From Octopus vulgaris (Eukaryota), in the NCBI GenBank assembly GCA_951406725.2, contig OX597833.1, forward strand, positions 22,196,001 to 22,260,000: a stretch of DNA of 64,000 nt, written 5' to 3'. Position 1 is the first letter of the stretch; every line of letters starts with the position of its first letter. The notes beneath the pieces were generated by a model, which saw only the letters and a list, made by a program, of their open reading frames with translations, made no database searches and was not told the origin of the DNA. A program made the position numbers and the translations under genes. This document shows, piece after piece, positions 1 through 12,670 of this stretch.

Positions 1-214
1 CTTGTGCTGTTGTAGTCTGCTGCTGCTGCTGCTATGGCAGAGGTGGTTCCCTGCCCTTGATACAGTCAATTCATTTGCCATGTGTTGGGTGCATATGTGT
101 GTGTAATCAATGTGTGTATAGGAGTAAGGTGTATTTCATCACAATTTCTTAATTTTTATTTTAATTTTTTCGTTTATAGAGAAGAAAAAGAACTGTTGTT
201 ATGACTGTTAGCTT

Positions 215-408
215 TGGGTTAGCCCTGCTGATTGATCAAGTAAGACTTATAATAAAAAGCATTCCAACCATGACCACATCATCTTTTCATGTATCCATGA
301 CTTCTTTATCCAATGTATCTTCCCATTTTTTTTAAGACAGTGGAGTAATTTGAGAGAGATTTGACAGCTATTTCTAGGGGATGGAGCAACCATGCAGAGG
401 CTCCCTTG
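215..408 (-). repeat. Old dispersed SINE-like repeat 'family E' (core GCTAGAAATAGCAGCCAAATC..., 3' (AAC)n tail)
   Basis: Related diverged copies at ~9680-9860, 9880-10085, 15060-15155, 26630-26810, 33695-33910, 46380-46570, 47560-47640 and 61610-61780. Orientation is inferred from the ...CTAAACAACAAC tail seen at 10071-10090. Confidence 0.6.
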
Positions 409-1269
409 TTGACTTGTACATTGTGTCATGAATTAGCCCCAAGTCAGCAATGATTTAGTAGACCCTTAAACTGAATATCATGAAATTATACACCAGCATT
501 TGTCTATTCCCCACCACCTCTCTCTCTCTATCTATCACTACAAAAATGGTCTCTGCTTTTCAGAGATAGCTGGTTTCACGCCCTCTCCACTTAGAAACTC
601 CCAACACAAACTCTTCTCTTTTCCTCATCCAAATTGTTTCTTCTACCCCTCCCCAAACCTTGCATTTACCCACCAACCCCCAGTACTTTCTTCCCCAAAA
701 CATTGATCCTTTGGATTTTCTTCCCTGCACATATCTTTCCTGCAGCTGTCAACTTGCGAATGTTCATTATCAATCACATTGGTTTCACCAGCCTCTGAAA
801 AAAGTGAAGGCCATTGCCAGAACTATTTCCTCCAGACCAAACTACTAAGGAAGAAAAAAAGAAAAAGAGGGAACCATCACATAAGGCCAATGAGGAAATC
901 CCCATATAATTCCCAGACTGCCCTGTTAACCAAAAGCTTGTACCTTCTTCCCAAAATTCTATCCACAACCTAAAAGTACATATTCAGAGCATGACCACCC
1001 TCTCAGATCATGCTGGCCATTCCCACCTCCTTACCTACCTTTCAACAAGTTTACAGAGTAGGTGACACTTCACTCTCCACCCTTGTGTCTATGTTAGACA
1101 CATGGGCCTCATATTTAGAAGAAGGGATATAGACCACCATATTTGATAGTTATTTTATCAACCCTGACAAAATTAAAGTCCTTCTTGTGATTCAAAATGC
1201 AGACCATAACACAAAATAGTAAAGACTTTTGTCTGCTTCTCTATTGATTCTATGGATCCAGTTTTAATA

Positions 1270-1650
1270 ATAATGATCCTTTCATCTGTAGACACAAGTC
1301 TTGAAATTTTGGGTTAGGGGGCTAGTCAATTTTGTTGAACCCAGTACTTGACTAGTACTTATTTTATCCACCCCCAAAAGGATGAAAGGGCAAGTTGACC
1401 TCAGAAAGTAAAGCCAGATGAAATTTCCGAAAGCATTTCACCCAGTGTAGGCACAAGGCCTGAAATCTTTTAGAGGAGGAGGATAATTAATTACCTTGAT
1501 TTCAGTACTGAACTAGTACTTATTTTATCGACCTAAAAGGACGAAAGGCAAAGTCAACCTCTGCAGCACTTGAACTCAGAACATAAAGAACCAGAAGAAA
1601 AGCTGCTAAGGATTTTGTCTAGCATGGAAACAATTATGCTCTCCTCATCC
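1270..1650 (-). mobile_element. Two tandem decayed SINE family B copies
   Basis: Reverse complement of the family B core CTTTGCCTTTCATCCTTT...GGTCGATAAAATAAGTAC at ~1355-1400 and ~1515-1560. Confidence 0.7.
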
Positions 1651-1692
1651 TCCTCCTCCTAACAATAATATTAATACTACTACTACTACTAC

Positions 1693-1740
<48 letters not shown>

Positions 1741-1757
1741 TAATAATAATAATAATA

Positions 1758-2823
1758 TCAGGTCATTAAGAACCAAATGTCTGATTTTCTTATGCACCAA
1801 GTTTGGTGTTAACTCCATTGTTTTATCCTGACAATTCTTTGTTTTACAACATTGAAGAGTTACACCATCACTTTCCGAAATGCAATTCATGGTGTCTGAT
1901 TATATTATGAGTTCAATCTTGAAAATCAGCCCCATGGTAGACCTGAGACCAAGGTGGATAATGATGAGCTGGAAACTGTAGTGAAAGTGGATACATCTCA
2001 AACTATGTGTGAGTTAGCAGCAAGGTTAGATGTTTCGATTCCAACTGTAAAGGACCATCTGAAACAAATCGGCAAGGTAAAGAAGCTGGACAAGTGGGTA
2101 ACACACAAACTGAACGAGCATCAAATGACATGTTGTCTTGAGACTTGCTGTTCTTTGCTGTCACGACATAAAAGTGAACCATTTTGCATTGTATTGTAAC
2201 GTGTAATGAAAAATGGATTCCTTTCAATAATAGCAAGCATTCTGCATGGTAGTTGGATAGAGATAAAATGCCAAAACACAATCCAAAAAATAATATTCAC
2301 CCACCAAAAAAACTAATGGTGTCTGTTTGGTGGTCCAGCACTGATGTCATCCACTACAGCTGGAAGTATACATCAACCAATTGGATGAAATGATGAGTGA
2401 ACTTGCAATTAAACAACTGAGATTGGTCAACAGAGACAGGTTAATTCTCTTGCAAGACAATGCTTGACCACATGTTGCACAAATAACCCTACACAAGTTA
2501 CAGGAACTGAACTTGAAAGCACTCTGTCATCACCATATTCACCAGACCTTGCAGCAATTGATAATCATGTGTTCTAGGCATTAGACACTCTTTGCAAGGA
2601 AAAAATTTCACATCTGAAGAAGATGCAAAAACAGCCTTTCATGATTTCATCACCTCTAGCTCTCTAGAATTTTTTGCTACTGGCATAAATAAGCTACTAA
2701 TAAAATAGCAAAATTGTGTTGGTAATTTAGGTGTATACTTTGATTAACTGCATTGCTTTTTGTTGAGATAAAGTAAAATAAACTTTCAGTTCAAAATCAG
2801 ACATTTCATTCTTAATGACCTGA
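1758..2823 (+). mobile_element. Mariner DNA transposon (subfamily 1), decayed, internally deleted
   Basis: ~31-bp TIRs (TCAGGTCATTAAGAACCAAATGTCTGATTTT / AAAATCAGACATTTCATTCTTAATGACCTGA) flanked by TA at 1756-57 and 2824-25. Transposase motifs lie inside. Confidence 0.93.
1954..2740 (+). pseudogene. Mariner transposase pseudogene
   Basis: WVTHKL (WVPHEL-like), IVTCNEKW (TGDEKW-like), LLQDNA*PH and PYSPDLA motifs, split by frameshifts and stops. Confidence 0.9.
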
Positions 2824-2894
2824 TATATATATATATATAAATATATATATATATAAATCTGAGATAGGTCAACTGTGAAAATACAATATAGTTT

Positions 2895-3156
2895 GTCTGT
2901 AGAAATATGAGACAGCCCAACTGTGGAAAATGATAAAGGTGAAGATAGTGCCAATTAATGTTGGATCCTTGGTGACAGTATCAGAAGGAATCAAAAGAAA
3001 TACAAATGAAATTGGAATAGAGTGCCCTGTCACAGCCAGAATCCTCAGGAAAGTATTAGATAGTTGAAAAGAACAGATGGCATGGTGTCATAGGCTGCAG
3101 GTAGCAAGCCTGCTATGCATGCAAGATGCCAGGAGTTTCAACAAAGCTCAAGTTAA

Positions 3157-3157
<1 letters not shown>
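2895..3157 (+). mobile_element. 3' fragment of an RLE-type non-LTR retrotransposon (R4/Dong-like)
   Basis: Translates as ...LWKMIKVKIVPINVGSLVTVS...IGIECPV-TARILRKVLDS*, a typical RLE C-terminus, and ends in (TAA)n. Confidence 0.7.
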
Positions 3158-3216
<59 letters not shown>

Positions 3217-4310
3217 CATTTAACGTCCATTTTCCATGCTGGCTTGAGTTGGACGGTTTGACCGAAAACTGGTAAGCTGAAGGACTGCACCAGGTTCCAG
3301 TCTGATTTGGCATGTTTTCTACAGCTGGATGCCCTTCCTAAAGTCAACCACTCCAAGAGTGTAGTGGGTATTTTTTATGTGCCACCAGCATGGGTGCCAA
3401 TAACAAAACACTGGCATTGACCATGACTATGATCTCACTTGGTTTGACAGATCTTCTCAAGCACAGTATATTGCCAAAGGTCTCAGTCACTTGTCACTGC
3501 CTCTGTGAGGCCCAACATTTGAAGAGTGCTTTTCACGTGCCACAGGCATGAGTGCCAGTTATATGATGCTGGCATCAGCCATGACTGCAATTTCACTTGG
3601 CTTGATGGGCTTTCTCAAGCACAGCATATCTCCAAAGATCTTGGTCACTTGTCATTGCCTCTATGAGGCCCAACGTTCAAAGATCATGCTTCACCATATT
3701 GTCTCATGTCATCCTGGGTCTGCCTCTTCCACAGGTTCCCTCCACAGTTAGAGATCAGCACTTCTTCACATAGCTGTCCTCGTCCATACACATCACATGA
3801 CCATACCAGTGCAATGATATCTCTTGCACACAACATCTAATGCCTCTTATGCCCAACTTTTCTCTCAAGATGCTTACACTCTGTTGTACATGCACACTGA
3901 CATTGTACATCCTTTCTTTCAAGCTTTCACATGTACTCAGTGGTCACAGCCCATATTTCACTCTGTGTAGCATGGCTCTTCGCACACAAGCATCATACAA
4001 TTTGCTTTTCACTCTGAAAGAGATGCCTTTAGTTACCAACTGTGGTAGGAACACTCTGAACGTCACCCAGCCTATTCTTCTTCTAGAAGCTACACTCTTG
4101 GAGCATCACTTCTGCTACTGACTTGGTCACCTAGCTAATGGAAGCTATCAACTACTTCGAGTTTTCCCCACTAGCATTTGGTGGAGTCTATTTTCTGCAC
4201 AGATTTGGTGTTAATTGTACCTGTGTACCTCCCCCACACAGAAACTATTTTCCCTGTTAACCTTCCTCTGATATTGCAGCATCTCTTATGTGTCCATAGT
4301 TTTCACTGGG
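3217..4310 (-). mobile_element. RTE-clade LINE, 3' portion (ORF C-terminus plus 3' UTR)
   Basis: Minus strand reads KLWTHKRCCNI..., LVTKGISFRVKSKLYDACVRRAMLH, LHWYGHVMCMDEDSYVKKC*...GRGRPR and DQDLWRYAV. A 3' UTR with GTGCCA(C/G) repeats follows, with tail ...GGACGTTAAATGA. Confidence 0.9.
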
Positions 4311-4499
4311 TAATAATGATAATAATAATAATCCTTTCTACTATAGGCACAAGGCCTGGACTTTTGTGGGGGGAGGGACAATCGATCACATCAACTTGAC
4401 TGGTACTTAATTTATTGACTCCAAAAGGATGTAAGGCATAGTCAACCTCAGCAGAAATAATGATAATAATAATTGTTTCCAATTAAGTCTCTGGTTAAG

Positions 4500-4925
4500 G
4501 TAGCAGGAGGAAAGTTGTGGAAGATGGAGACCCAAGAAGACATGGGATGAATAACTGAAGGCTGATCTGAAAACGTTGAACCTTATAAAGGAGCTGACCA
4601 AGATATGTGGTGCATTACTGTACTTGAGAAGGACCACCTACCACAACAGAATTGAGATCTTAAAAACCAAGGTGTCATGTAAAAAGCTTTTGTGTGGGTG
4701 CTGGTAACACATAAAAAGCACTGGTGATGGTGCTACATAAAAAGCACCCAGTACACTCTGTAAAGTGGTTGGTGTTAGGAAAGGTATCCAGCCATAGAAA
4801 CCAAACCAAAACAGTTTGTGAAACCTGGTGTGTCCCTGGCCTTACCAGTTCCTGTCAAGCTGTCAAACCTATACTAGCATAGAAAACAAATATTAAATGA
4901 TGATGACGATGATGATTATGATGAT
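4500..4925 (+). mobile_element. RTE LINE 3' end fragment
   Basis: ...WRPKKTWDE*LKADLKTLNL followed by the RTE tail (GGTTGGTGTTAGGAAAGGTATCCAGCC...) ending in (ATG)n. Confidence 0.75.
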
Positions 4926-5246
4926 GACAGAACAATTTATTACACTGAGCCCAGTACTTGACAAGTAATTATTTCTTTGTTTCTGGGTTGGTAAAAGCAA
5001 AATTGACCTTGGCAAGATTTAAACTTAGAATGTAAAAAGATGTAACTCAATACTGCATGTAATTGAATTTATCACTCTAGTGATTCTGCCACTCACTACA
5101 GTCTCATAACAATACAAAACAAAAATGAGGTTGAGTAATATCCTTCTAAAATGAGGGCAAGAAAAGTCTCTACTTGAGAAAAGCAAAAAAAGAAGAAATT
5201 TATAAAGTAAATTCTTAGCACTGGCAAAGACACACATGGCTCGTGT

Positions 5247-5452
5247 GTGGCGAGCTGGCAGAATCATTAGCACGCCAGGCGAAATGCTTAGCGGTATTTC
5301 GTCTGCCATTACGTTCTGAGTTCAAATTCCACCGAGGTCGACTTTGCCTTTCATCCTTTCGGGGTCGATAAATTAAGTACCAGTTACGCACTGGGGTCAA
5401 CGTAATTGTTTGTCCCCTCTATGTTTAGCCCCTTGTAGACAATAAAGAAATA
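5247..5452 (+). mobile_element. SINE family B, near full length, with Tx1/L1-like 3' tail
   Basis: tRNA-like head (GGCGAGCTGGCAGAAT..., B-box-like GAGTTCAAATTCC), core GACTTTGCCTTTCATCCTTTCGGGGTCGATAAA and tail ...AGCCCCTTGTAGACAATAAAGAAATA. Probable 15-bp TSD at 5228-5242 / 5453-5467 (13/15 match). Confidence 0.85.
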
Positions 5453-5809
5453 AGAAACACATGACTCAAAGCAAAACCAAAGTGCTTTTTATTGTAGAAC
5501 AAAAATTTAAAATGTCTTTGCACCAGAATAGCTCAAAGTGATTAGTAATTGCTGAAAGTGTAGATGCAGGGAAGATATAATTAATCACATTTCCTCTGAC
5601 AACACAGATTGACCAGATTTCTTACCAAACTGACCTCACCTGTGCTGATGCCATGTAAAAAGCACTCAGTCCACTCTGCAGGGTGATTGGTGTAAGGAAG
5701 GACATCCAGCCATAAAAACCCCTGCCAAAACAGATACAGTAGCCTAGAGTAGTCTTCTACATGGCCGGCTCCTGTCAAACTCCTGTTAAACAATGATGAT
5801 GATGATACA

Positions 5810-6070
5810 TGAATGGACAAATGAAAGAAAAGGGCACTCGACACATTTAGTAGGAGCTACAAGTATTATTTAAAACAGATTGATTTGGTTCTATGCAACT
5901 TAAAGTTTCACAGGCCTCTAACAGAAGCCAGTCCCTTTCAGGCTTTAGATTGCCGAATTGATCTTCCTGTATCTCTCCATTCAGTAATCTAAATTCTAAA
6001 ACAGACAGGCTGCTGTTAGAAGCTTGTGAAACTTTAAGTCACATGGAACCAAATCAAACTGTTTTAAATA
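5810..6070. mobile_element. Old PLE-like remnant with partial inverted repeat and degenerate hammerhead
   Basis: 5867-5929 is the reverse complement of 6008-6070, with a GAAA-CTTTAAG-TC/TT motif. A second family copy lies at ~19105-19270. Confidence 0.5.
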
Positions 6071-6091
6071 ATATATATATATATATATACT

Positions 6092-6480
6092 CTTTTTTTT
6101 TTTTTCACTTGTTTCAGTCATTTGACTGCAGCCATGCTGGAGCACCGCCTTTTAGTCGAGCAACTCAACCCCGGGACTTATTCTTTGTAAGCCCAGTACC
6201 TATTCTATCGGTCTCTTTTGCCGAACCGCTTAGTGACGGGGACATAAACACACCAGCATCGGTTGTCAAGCAAACACAGACACACAAACACACACACATA
6301 TATATACATATATACGACAGGCTTCTTTCAGTTTCCGTCAACCAAATCCACTCACAAGGCATTGGTCGGCCCGGGGGTATAGCAGAATACACTTGCCCAA
6401 GATGCCACGCAGTGGGACTGAACCCGGAACCATGTGGTTGGTTAGCAAGCTACTTACCACACAGCCACTCCTGCGCCTAT
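6092..6480 (-). mobile_element. SINE family A (tRNA-derived, CORE-like domain, internal microsatellite), full length
   Basis: Sense head GGCGCAGGAGTGGCTGTGTGGTAAG...GGTTCAGTCCC (A/B boxes), CORE-like CTTGGGCAAGTGT, internal (CA/TA)n and tail ...TGACTGAAACAAGT. Confidence 0.88.
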
Positions 6481-6490
6481 ATATATATAT

Positions 6491-6760
6491 ATCATCATTT
6501 CACCATTGTTCGACCATGGTCGAGACAATGGAATTTACCATGCTACGCCAGACTTCACGATCCATCATAGCATTATGGAGGTCCTGTTGCTGGATGCCTG
6601 TATCCCTGGAGATTACATCAGGGTAGGAGAGTGTGCGCCCTCTGGTATAGTGAGTAGATGGCTTCCAGAGGAGAAGAGTAGAAATTGCCTCGTTTTCAGC
6701 TCAACAACAATGTCCAGCAAACAGGACTCTCCTACCTTTCACAAGAGATGACACAGGTGG
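6491..6760 (-). mobile_element. RTE-type LINE 3' fragment (second RTE family)
   Basis: Minus strand reads PVSSLVKGRRVLFAGHCC*AENEAISTLLLWKPS...YPDVISRDTGI...AMMDREVWRSMV, then terminal hairpin TCGACCATGGTCGA and an (ATG)n tail. Confidence 0.8.
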
Positions 6761-7322
6761 TAGTTTCCCATATATTTGCATTTTGGTTGGTTATATATAT
6801 ATATTTGTTATATAAATATATATATATATATATATTATTTTGGTTATATATATATATATATTTGTATGTATACATATATGTGGTACTTATGAAATTCAAT
6901 ACAAAATATAATAGTCAAATTGAATGACAGCAGCAAATGGGCAGGCAGACTTCATTTTGTCAGATACTTTGCCATTCCTATATCTCCATTTCAATGCATT
7001 AAACTCATCATACAATAACTGAACTTAATTATTTTTCTCATAAGATTGGTTGAATGAATCAGATTATTATTAAGTTATAGACATACCCATTAAATCAAAA
7101 TGGGATTTCTAAACAGGAAAGAAACATTTTGATGCACAGTTTCCATTTTAACCTTAAGCCATTAAGCAAAACTATGGCACAGCAAAACAAGTTTAAAATA
7201 ATATATTCAGGTTTTCAATATTAGGCTACAAAAGTAAAGTCATATTAGGGTTGTGCATCGTGTATCAGAAGAGAATATTTAACAGATGCATCTTAGCTGC
7301 TTAAGGAACAATATTATATATG

Positions 7323-7544
7323 TATTTCTTTACTACCCACAAGGGGCTACACACAGAGGGGACAAATAAGGACAGACAAACGGATTACGTCAACCCCAGT
7401 GTGTAACTGGTACTTATTTAATCGACCCCGAAAGGATGAAAGGCAAAGTCAACCTCAGCGGAATTTGAACTCAGAACGTAACAGCAGGCGAAATACAGCT
7501 ACGCATTTCGCCCAGCGTGCTAACATTTCTGCCAGCTCGCCGCC
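7323..7544 (-). mobile_element. SINE family B, full length
   Basis: Same head, core and tail as 5247-5452 in reverse orientation. Confidence 0.85.
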
Positions 7545-7739
7545 TATTATATATGAGTTAATTAACATCATGCTTGTAGCATTTACGATTTGTGTTTTTA
7601 GCTTTAGTTAAAAATGAAAGAATCAGAATCTACAGAAAAGGAGGTTCATCCATTCAACTTTATGACATAATTTGCCATGTGTAGGTCATTATCCTTTTTA
7701 GCTATATTAATATTTCTAAATCACTCAAATAGAGGAACT

Positions 7740-8198
7740 TTTGTGTTTGTTTCAATACTGCTGCGACCAAGCTGTGGCCATGCACTGGGACTCCACTCTG
7801 AAGAGTTTTAGAAGAATAAATCAAGCACAGTACTTTTTTTTTCAAGTCTGGAAGTTCTTTTATTGGTCTCTTTTTGACAAAAGTATTGGGATTAAACAAA
7901 CCAACACCAGTTGTTAAGTGCTGGTTAGGGGACAAACACAAAAATGCACAAAAAGGCACATACATACATACATAGATACATACAAGAATGCATGCATGCA
8001 TACATACAAGCATGCATGCATGCATACAAGCATGCATGCATACATACATACATACATACAAGCATGCATGCATAAATACAAGCATGCATGCATACAAGCA
8101 TGCATGCATACATACATACATACATACATACAAGCAAGCATGCATGCATGCATGCATACATACATACATTACATACATACATACATTACATACATACA

Positions 8199-8229
<31 letters not shown>

Positions 8230-8420
8230 CGCTACATATATACATACATACTGGCTTCTTTCAGTTCCTGTCCACCTAATCTACTTACAAGGCTTTGGTC
8301 ATTCCAGGGCTATAGTGGAAGACCTTTGCCCAAGGAGCCATGCAGTGGGACTGAACCTGGAACCTTGCTGTTGGGAAGCAGATTGACCAGATTTGCTACC
8401 ACACAGCCTCACCTTTGCCT
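7740..8420 (-). mobile_element. SINE family A (old) with expanded internal (TACA)n/(TGCA)n
   Basis: Family A tail at 7740-7940, microsatellite 7955-8250, head 8252-8420. Confidence 0.75.
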
Positions 8421-8439
8421 ATATATATATATATTATTT

Positions 8440-9069
8440 TTTTTCTTTTACTTGTTTCAGTCATTTGACTTCGGCCATGATGGAGCACCGCCTTTAGTCG
8501 AGTAAATCGACTCCGGGACTTATTCTTTGTAAGCCCAGTACTTATTCTATCGGTCTCTTTTGCTGAACCGCTAAGTGACGGGGACGTAAACACAACAGCA
8601 TCGGTTGTAAAGCAATGCTAGGGGGACAAACACAGACACACAAACACACACATACATATCATCATCATCATCATCATTCATTTAGCGTCCGTTTTCCATG
8701 CTAGCATGGGTTGGACGGTTCAACTGGGGTCTGGGGAGCCCGAAGGCTGCACTAGGCCAGTCAGATCTGGCAGTGTTTCTACAGCTGGATGCCCTTCCTA
8801 ACGCCAACCACTCTGAGAGTGTAGTGGGTGATTTTATGTGCCACCGACACAGGTGCCAGACGAGGCTGGCGAACGGCCACGCTCGGATGGTGTTTTTTAT
8901 GTGCCACCGACACAGGTGCCAGACGGTGTTTGTTACGTGCCCGCAGCACGGAGGCCAGTCGATGCGGTACTGGCTACGGCCACGTTCGGATGGTCTTCTT
9001 GTGTGCCACCGGCACTGGTACCACAAAGATACAAATTCCATTGATGTTCATCTATTTTGATTTGTTTTG

Positions 9070-9123
<54 letters not shown>

Positions 9124-9290
9124 TACGACAGGCTTCTTTCAGTTTCTGTCTACCAAATCCACTCACAAGGCATTGGTCGGCCCGGGGCTATAGCAGAAGA
9201 CACTTGCCTAAGATGCCACACAGTGGGACTGAACCCAGAACCATGTGGTTGGTTAGCAAGCTACTTACCACACAGCCACTCCTGCACCTA
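8440..9290 (-). mobile_element. SINE family A interrupted by an RTE 3'-end insertion (~8660-9065)
   Basis: Family A tail 8440-8655 and head 9125-9290. Between them lie a (CAT)n tail, the RTE terminal motif and CpG-rich GTGCCACCGACAC repeats. Confidence 0.82.
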
Positions 9291-10129
9291 TATATATATA
9301 TATATATTTAATATTGATTTAATATTGACTTTTATCAGATACTTTGTATGTTTATAAATAAATATATAAATATATGATAAATAAGAGCCCAAGGTATGAT
9401 ATGTAGATGCATATAAAGCTGAAGGGTTGTACCTGATTGATTTGGAAATTTGTTTTCCCAAATTATTTATGTGTGTGTGTGTGTGTGTGACAGGCTTCCA
9501 CACAATTTCCTACTATCAAATTCACTCACAAAACATTGGTTGGCCTGAGGCTAAAGTAGAAGACATGTGCCCAAGATGCCACACAGTGGGACCAAACTCA
9601 AAACTAAGGTTTCACAGATGTTGGGCCCCCCAAGTATGAAGCTATAGAATATCATGAGAAGAGCAAACCAATGTTAGCAAGGGAATGCCTATGTGGTTGC
9701 TCATCCTGCTAGAAACAGCAGTAAAATCTTTATGAGATCTACTGCCATAAAAATGGAAGGAGACATTGGATACTATTGTTTCAGATACACCATGTCTGAA
9801 TAAAACACAAGATGGCTGTGGATGGAATGTCTTTGAGTTAAGATAAGATTTATTATAGCTAATGTAAAGCTAGTCACTGGGGGAGCCTTTACATTTGTCA
9901 TTCAACCAGTTAGAAATAGCAACCAAAGTTCCCTCAAACCACTCTTTTCCATCATCTAAAAACTAAGAGCACTGGTACACTGGTAATGATACACTATGCC
10001 TGTAAAAAGTCAGGGTGGTCAGGTCTGGAACATCTTTAATCAAAAGTTTACTCAATCATGATTGATCTGGACTAAACAACAACAGCAACAAATACATGCT
10101 AGCATGAGAGAACACGGATGGTAGAATGT

Positions 10130-10465
10130 TGATGATGAGGATGATGATGGTGGTGGTGGTGGTGGTGGTGGTGGCAGCGGTGGTGGTGATAATAGTGGTG
10201 GTTGGGTGCTGGTGGTAATGTGGTGATGGTGATGGTGATGGTGATGATGACAATGATGGTGGTGGTGGTTGTGGTGGTAATACTGGTGGTGATGGTAAAG
10301 ACAATGTCGTTGATGGTTGTGGTAGTAATGTTGGTGATGATGATGATGATGATAGTAATGGATGTTGTGGTGATGATGGTAGTGATGGTTACAGCGGTGG
10401 TGGTGGTGGTGCTGCTGCTGCTGATGATGATGGTAGTGATGGTGGTGGTGGTGGTAATGATGATG
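10130..10465 (+). repeat. Degenerate (GGT/GAT)n trinucleotide tract
   Basis: Directly visible. It produces the spurious poly-V/M and poly-T/P ORFs. Confidence 0.95.
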
Positions 10466-11183
10466 CCTCTAAACTAATGCAACATTAATCAAGTATAAAG
10501 TGTTACCACAGTTTTCAGGAAGCAAAACTGAATCTTCCTGACATCAACAGAAGTATCGAGAATTAAATGCATCCTCCTCCTCCTCCTCCCGCCCCCTCTC
10601 TCTCTCTGATAATGTGTGAGTGTGTCTGTGCACATGCATGCATATATGTATGCATATAAATGTGTGTCCACATGCATGCGTCTGTGTGTGTGCGTGTCTG
10701 TTTAAATATCAAGATATGCTGTGTATTTATGTATAAAGGAATAGCTGAGTGGTTATGAAGCTTGCTTTGCAACCATATGGTTTCAAGTTCAGTCTCATTG
10801 CATGGTACCTTGGGCAAGTGTCTTTTACCATAGCACCAGGCTGACCAATACCTTACAAGTGAATTTTATAGTTTAAAACAGATTTTGGATCAAGTGAGCT
10901 AAGATCCTGGAAAACTCACTTCATCCAGCGACCTTTTTAAACTCAAAAAAAACAGAGTATTTAGTCAATGCTCTCATCAGAGGAAACTTCTGTTGAAAAC
11001 ATGGAATTCTCCATTTGCAGACTAGGAAAATGCAACTAATTTTGTAAGTAGTCTATGTTGACACAGCTGGAACCATTGTAAGGGATATAACTCAGCCTTG
11101 CCAAAGAGTGTACCAATAGGATTTTGTTCTGAGAAATTTTTGTTTATAAAATTAACTGACAATGACATTTTTCCTTTCTCCAG

Positions 11184-11238
11184 TTGTAGAGAGGTTTTGT
11201 GACTCTGGCCATTTGAGTCTGACCAGTTGCCTATACAG
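11184..11238 (+). other. Candidate 55-nt internal exon of an unidentified host gene
   Basis: Branch-like AACTGAC, acceptor TTTTTCCTTTCTCCAG| and donor CAG|GTAAAA in non-repeat sequence. One open frame (VERFCDSGHLSLTSCLY), with no recognisable homology. Confidence 0.25.
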
Positions 11239-11323
11239 GTAAAATCTTTATAGGTGTGAAACCAATGGTCACTCTCTGACCAGCCATAACAAACAACCTT
11301 CTATCTATCTATCTATCTATCTA

Positions 11324-11391
<68 letters not shown>

Positions 11392-11484
11392 ACATGTATA
11401 TATATGTATGTAAGTATATATATATGTATATATGTATGTGTGTATGTATGTTAAATTAAATGAGACAACAAAGCCAAGACTGTC

Positions 11485-12058
11485 TTTCTCTTTTACTTGT
11501 TTCAGTCATTTGATTGTGGCCATGTGGAGCACCGCCTTTAGTCGAGCAAATCAACCCCAGGACTTATTCTTTGTAAGCATAGTACTTATCCTATTGGTCT
11601 CTTTTGCTGAACTGCTAAGTTACAAGGACATAACGACACCAACATTGGTTGTCAAGCGATGGTGGTGGGGGACAAACACAGACACACAAACACACATACA
11701 TATACAACGGGCTTCTTTCAGTTTCCATCTACCAAATCCACTCACAAGGCTTTGGTCAGCCTAAGGCTATAGTAGAAGACACTTGCCCAAGGTGCCATGC
11801 AGTGAGACTGAACCTGGAACCATGTGGTTGGTAAGCAAGCTACTTACCACACAGCAACTCCTGCACCAGAATCGTTAGTACATGTGGCCATGCTGGAACA
11901 TTGCCTTTAGTCGAGCAAATCGACCCCAGGACTTATTCTTTGTAAGCCTAGTACTTATCCTATTGGTCTCTTTTGCCGAACTGCTAAGTTACGGGGACGT
12001 AAACACATCAGCATCGGTTGTCAAGTGATGTTGGGGGGACAGACACAGAAACATATAC

Positions 12059-12118
<60 letters not shown>

Positions 12119-12162
12119 GTGTATATGTTTCTGTGTCTGTCCCCAACATACTTGACAACTGA

Positions 12163-12193
<31 letters not shown>

Positions 12194-12358
12194 CGATGGG
12201 CTTCTTTCAGTTTCCATCTACCAAATCCACTCACAAGGCTTTGGTCAGCCCGAGGCTATAGTAGAAGACACTTGCCCAAGGTGCCACACAGTGTGACTGA
12301 ACCCGGAACCATGTGGTTCGTAAGCAAGCTACTTACCACACAGCTACTCCTACGCCTG
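11485..12358 (-). mobile_element. Two tandem SINE family A copies (11485-11866, 11878-12358)
   Basis: Family A tail and head motifs are repeated twice. The second copy has an internal fold-back. Confidence 0.85.
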
Positions 12359-12455
12359 AGAGTTTCATGTGCTTATAAGTGCCAACTCATGACACTCTTG
12401 GACCTTAAGTCTCTCTGTTACTCCTGCTAAATATTAATAAAAATATACATATACA

Positions 12456-12626
12456 TAGGCGCAGGAGTGACTGTGGTAAGTAGCTTGCTAACCAACCACA
12501 TGGTTCCGGATTCAGTCCCACTGCGTGGCACCTTGGGCAAGTGTCTTCTGCTATAGCCCCGGGCCGACCAATGCCTTGTGAGTGGATTTGGTAGACAGAA
12601 ACTGAAAGAAGCCCTTCATATATATG

Positions 12627-12670
<44 letters not shown>

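Noticed and set aside
6043-6570. Recurring peptide 'RLLSVSVYQIHSQG...EDTCPRCHAVGLNPEPCGW' in many ORFs
   Set aside because: Antisense translation of SINE family A, not a gene family.
7702-8505. Long MYVC/HTYI-repeat ORFs (also 32994-33422, 34908-35548, 56287-56845)
   Set aside because: Translations of (TACA)n/(CA)n/(TA)n repeats.
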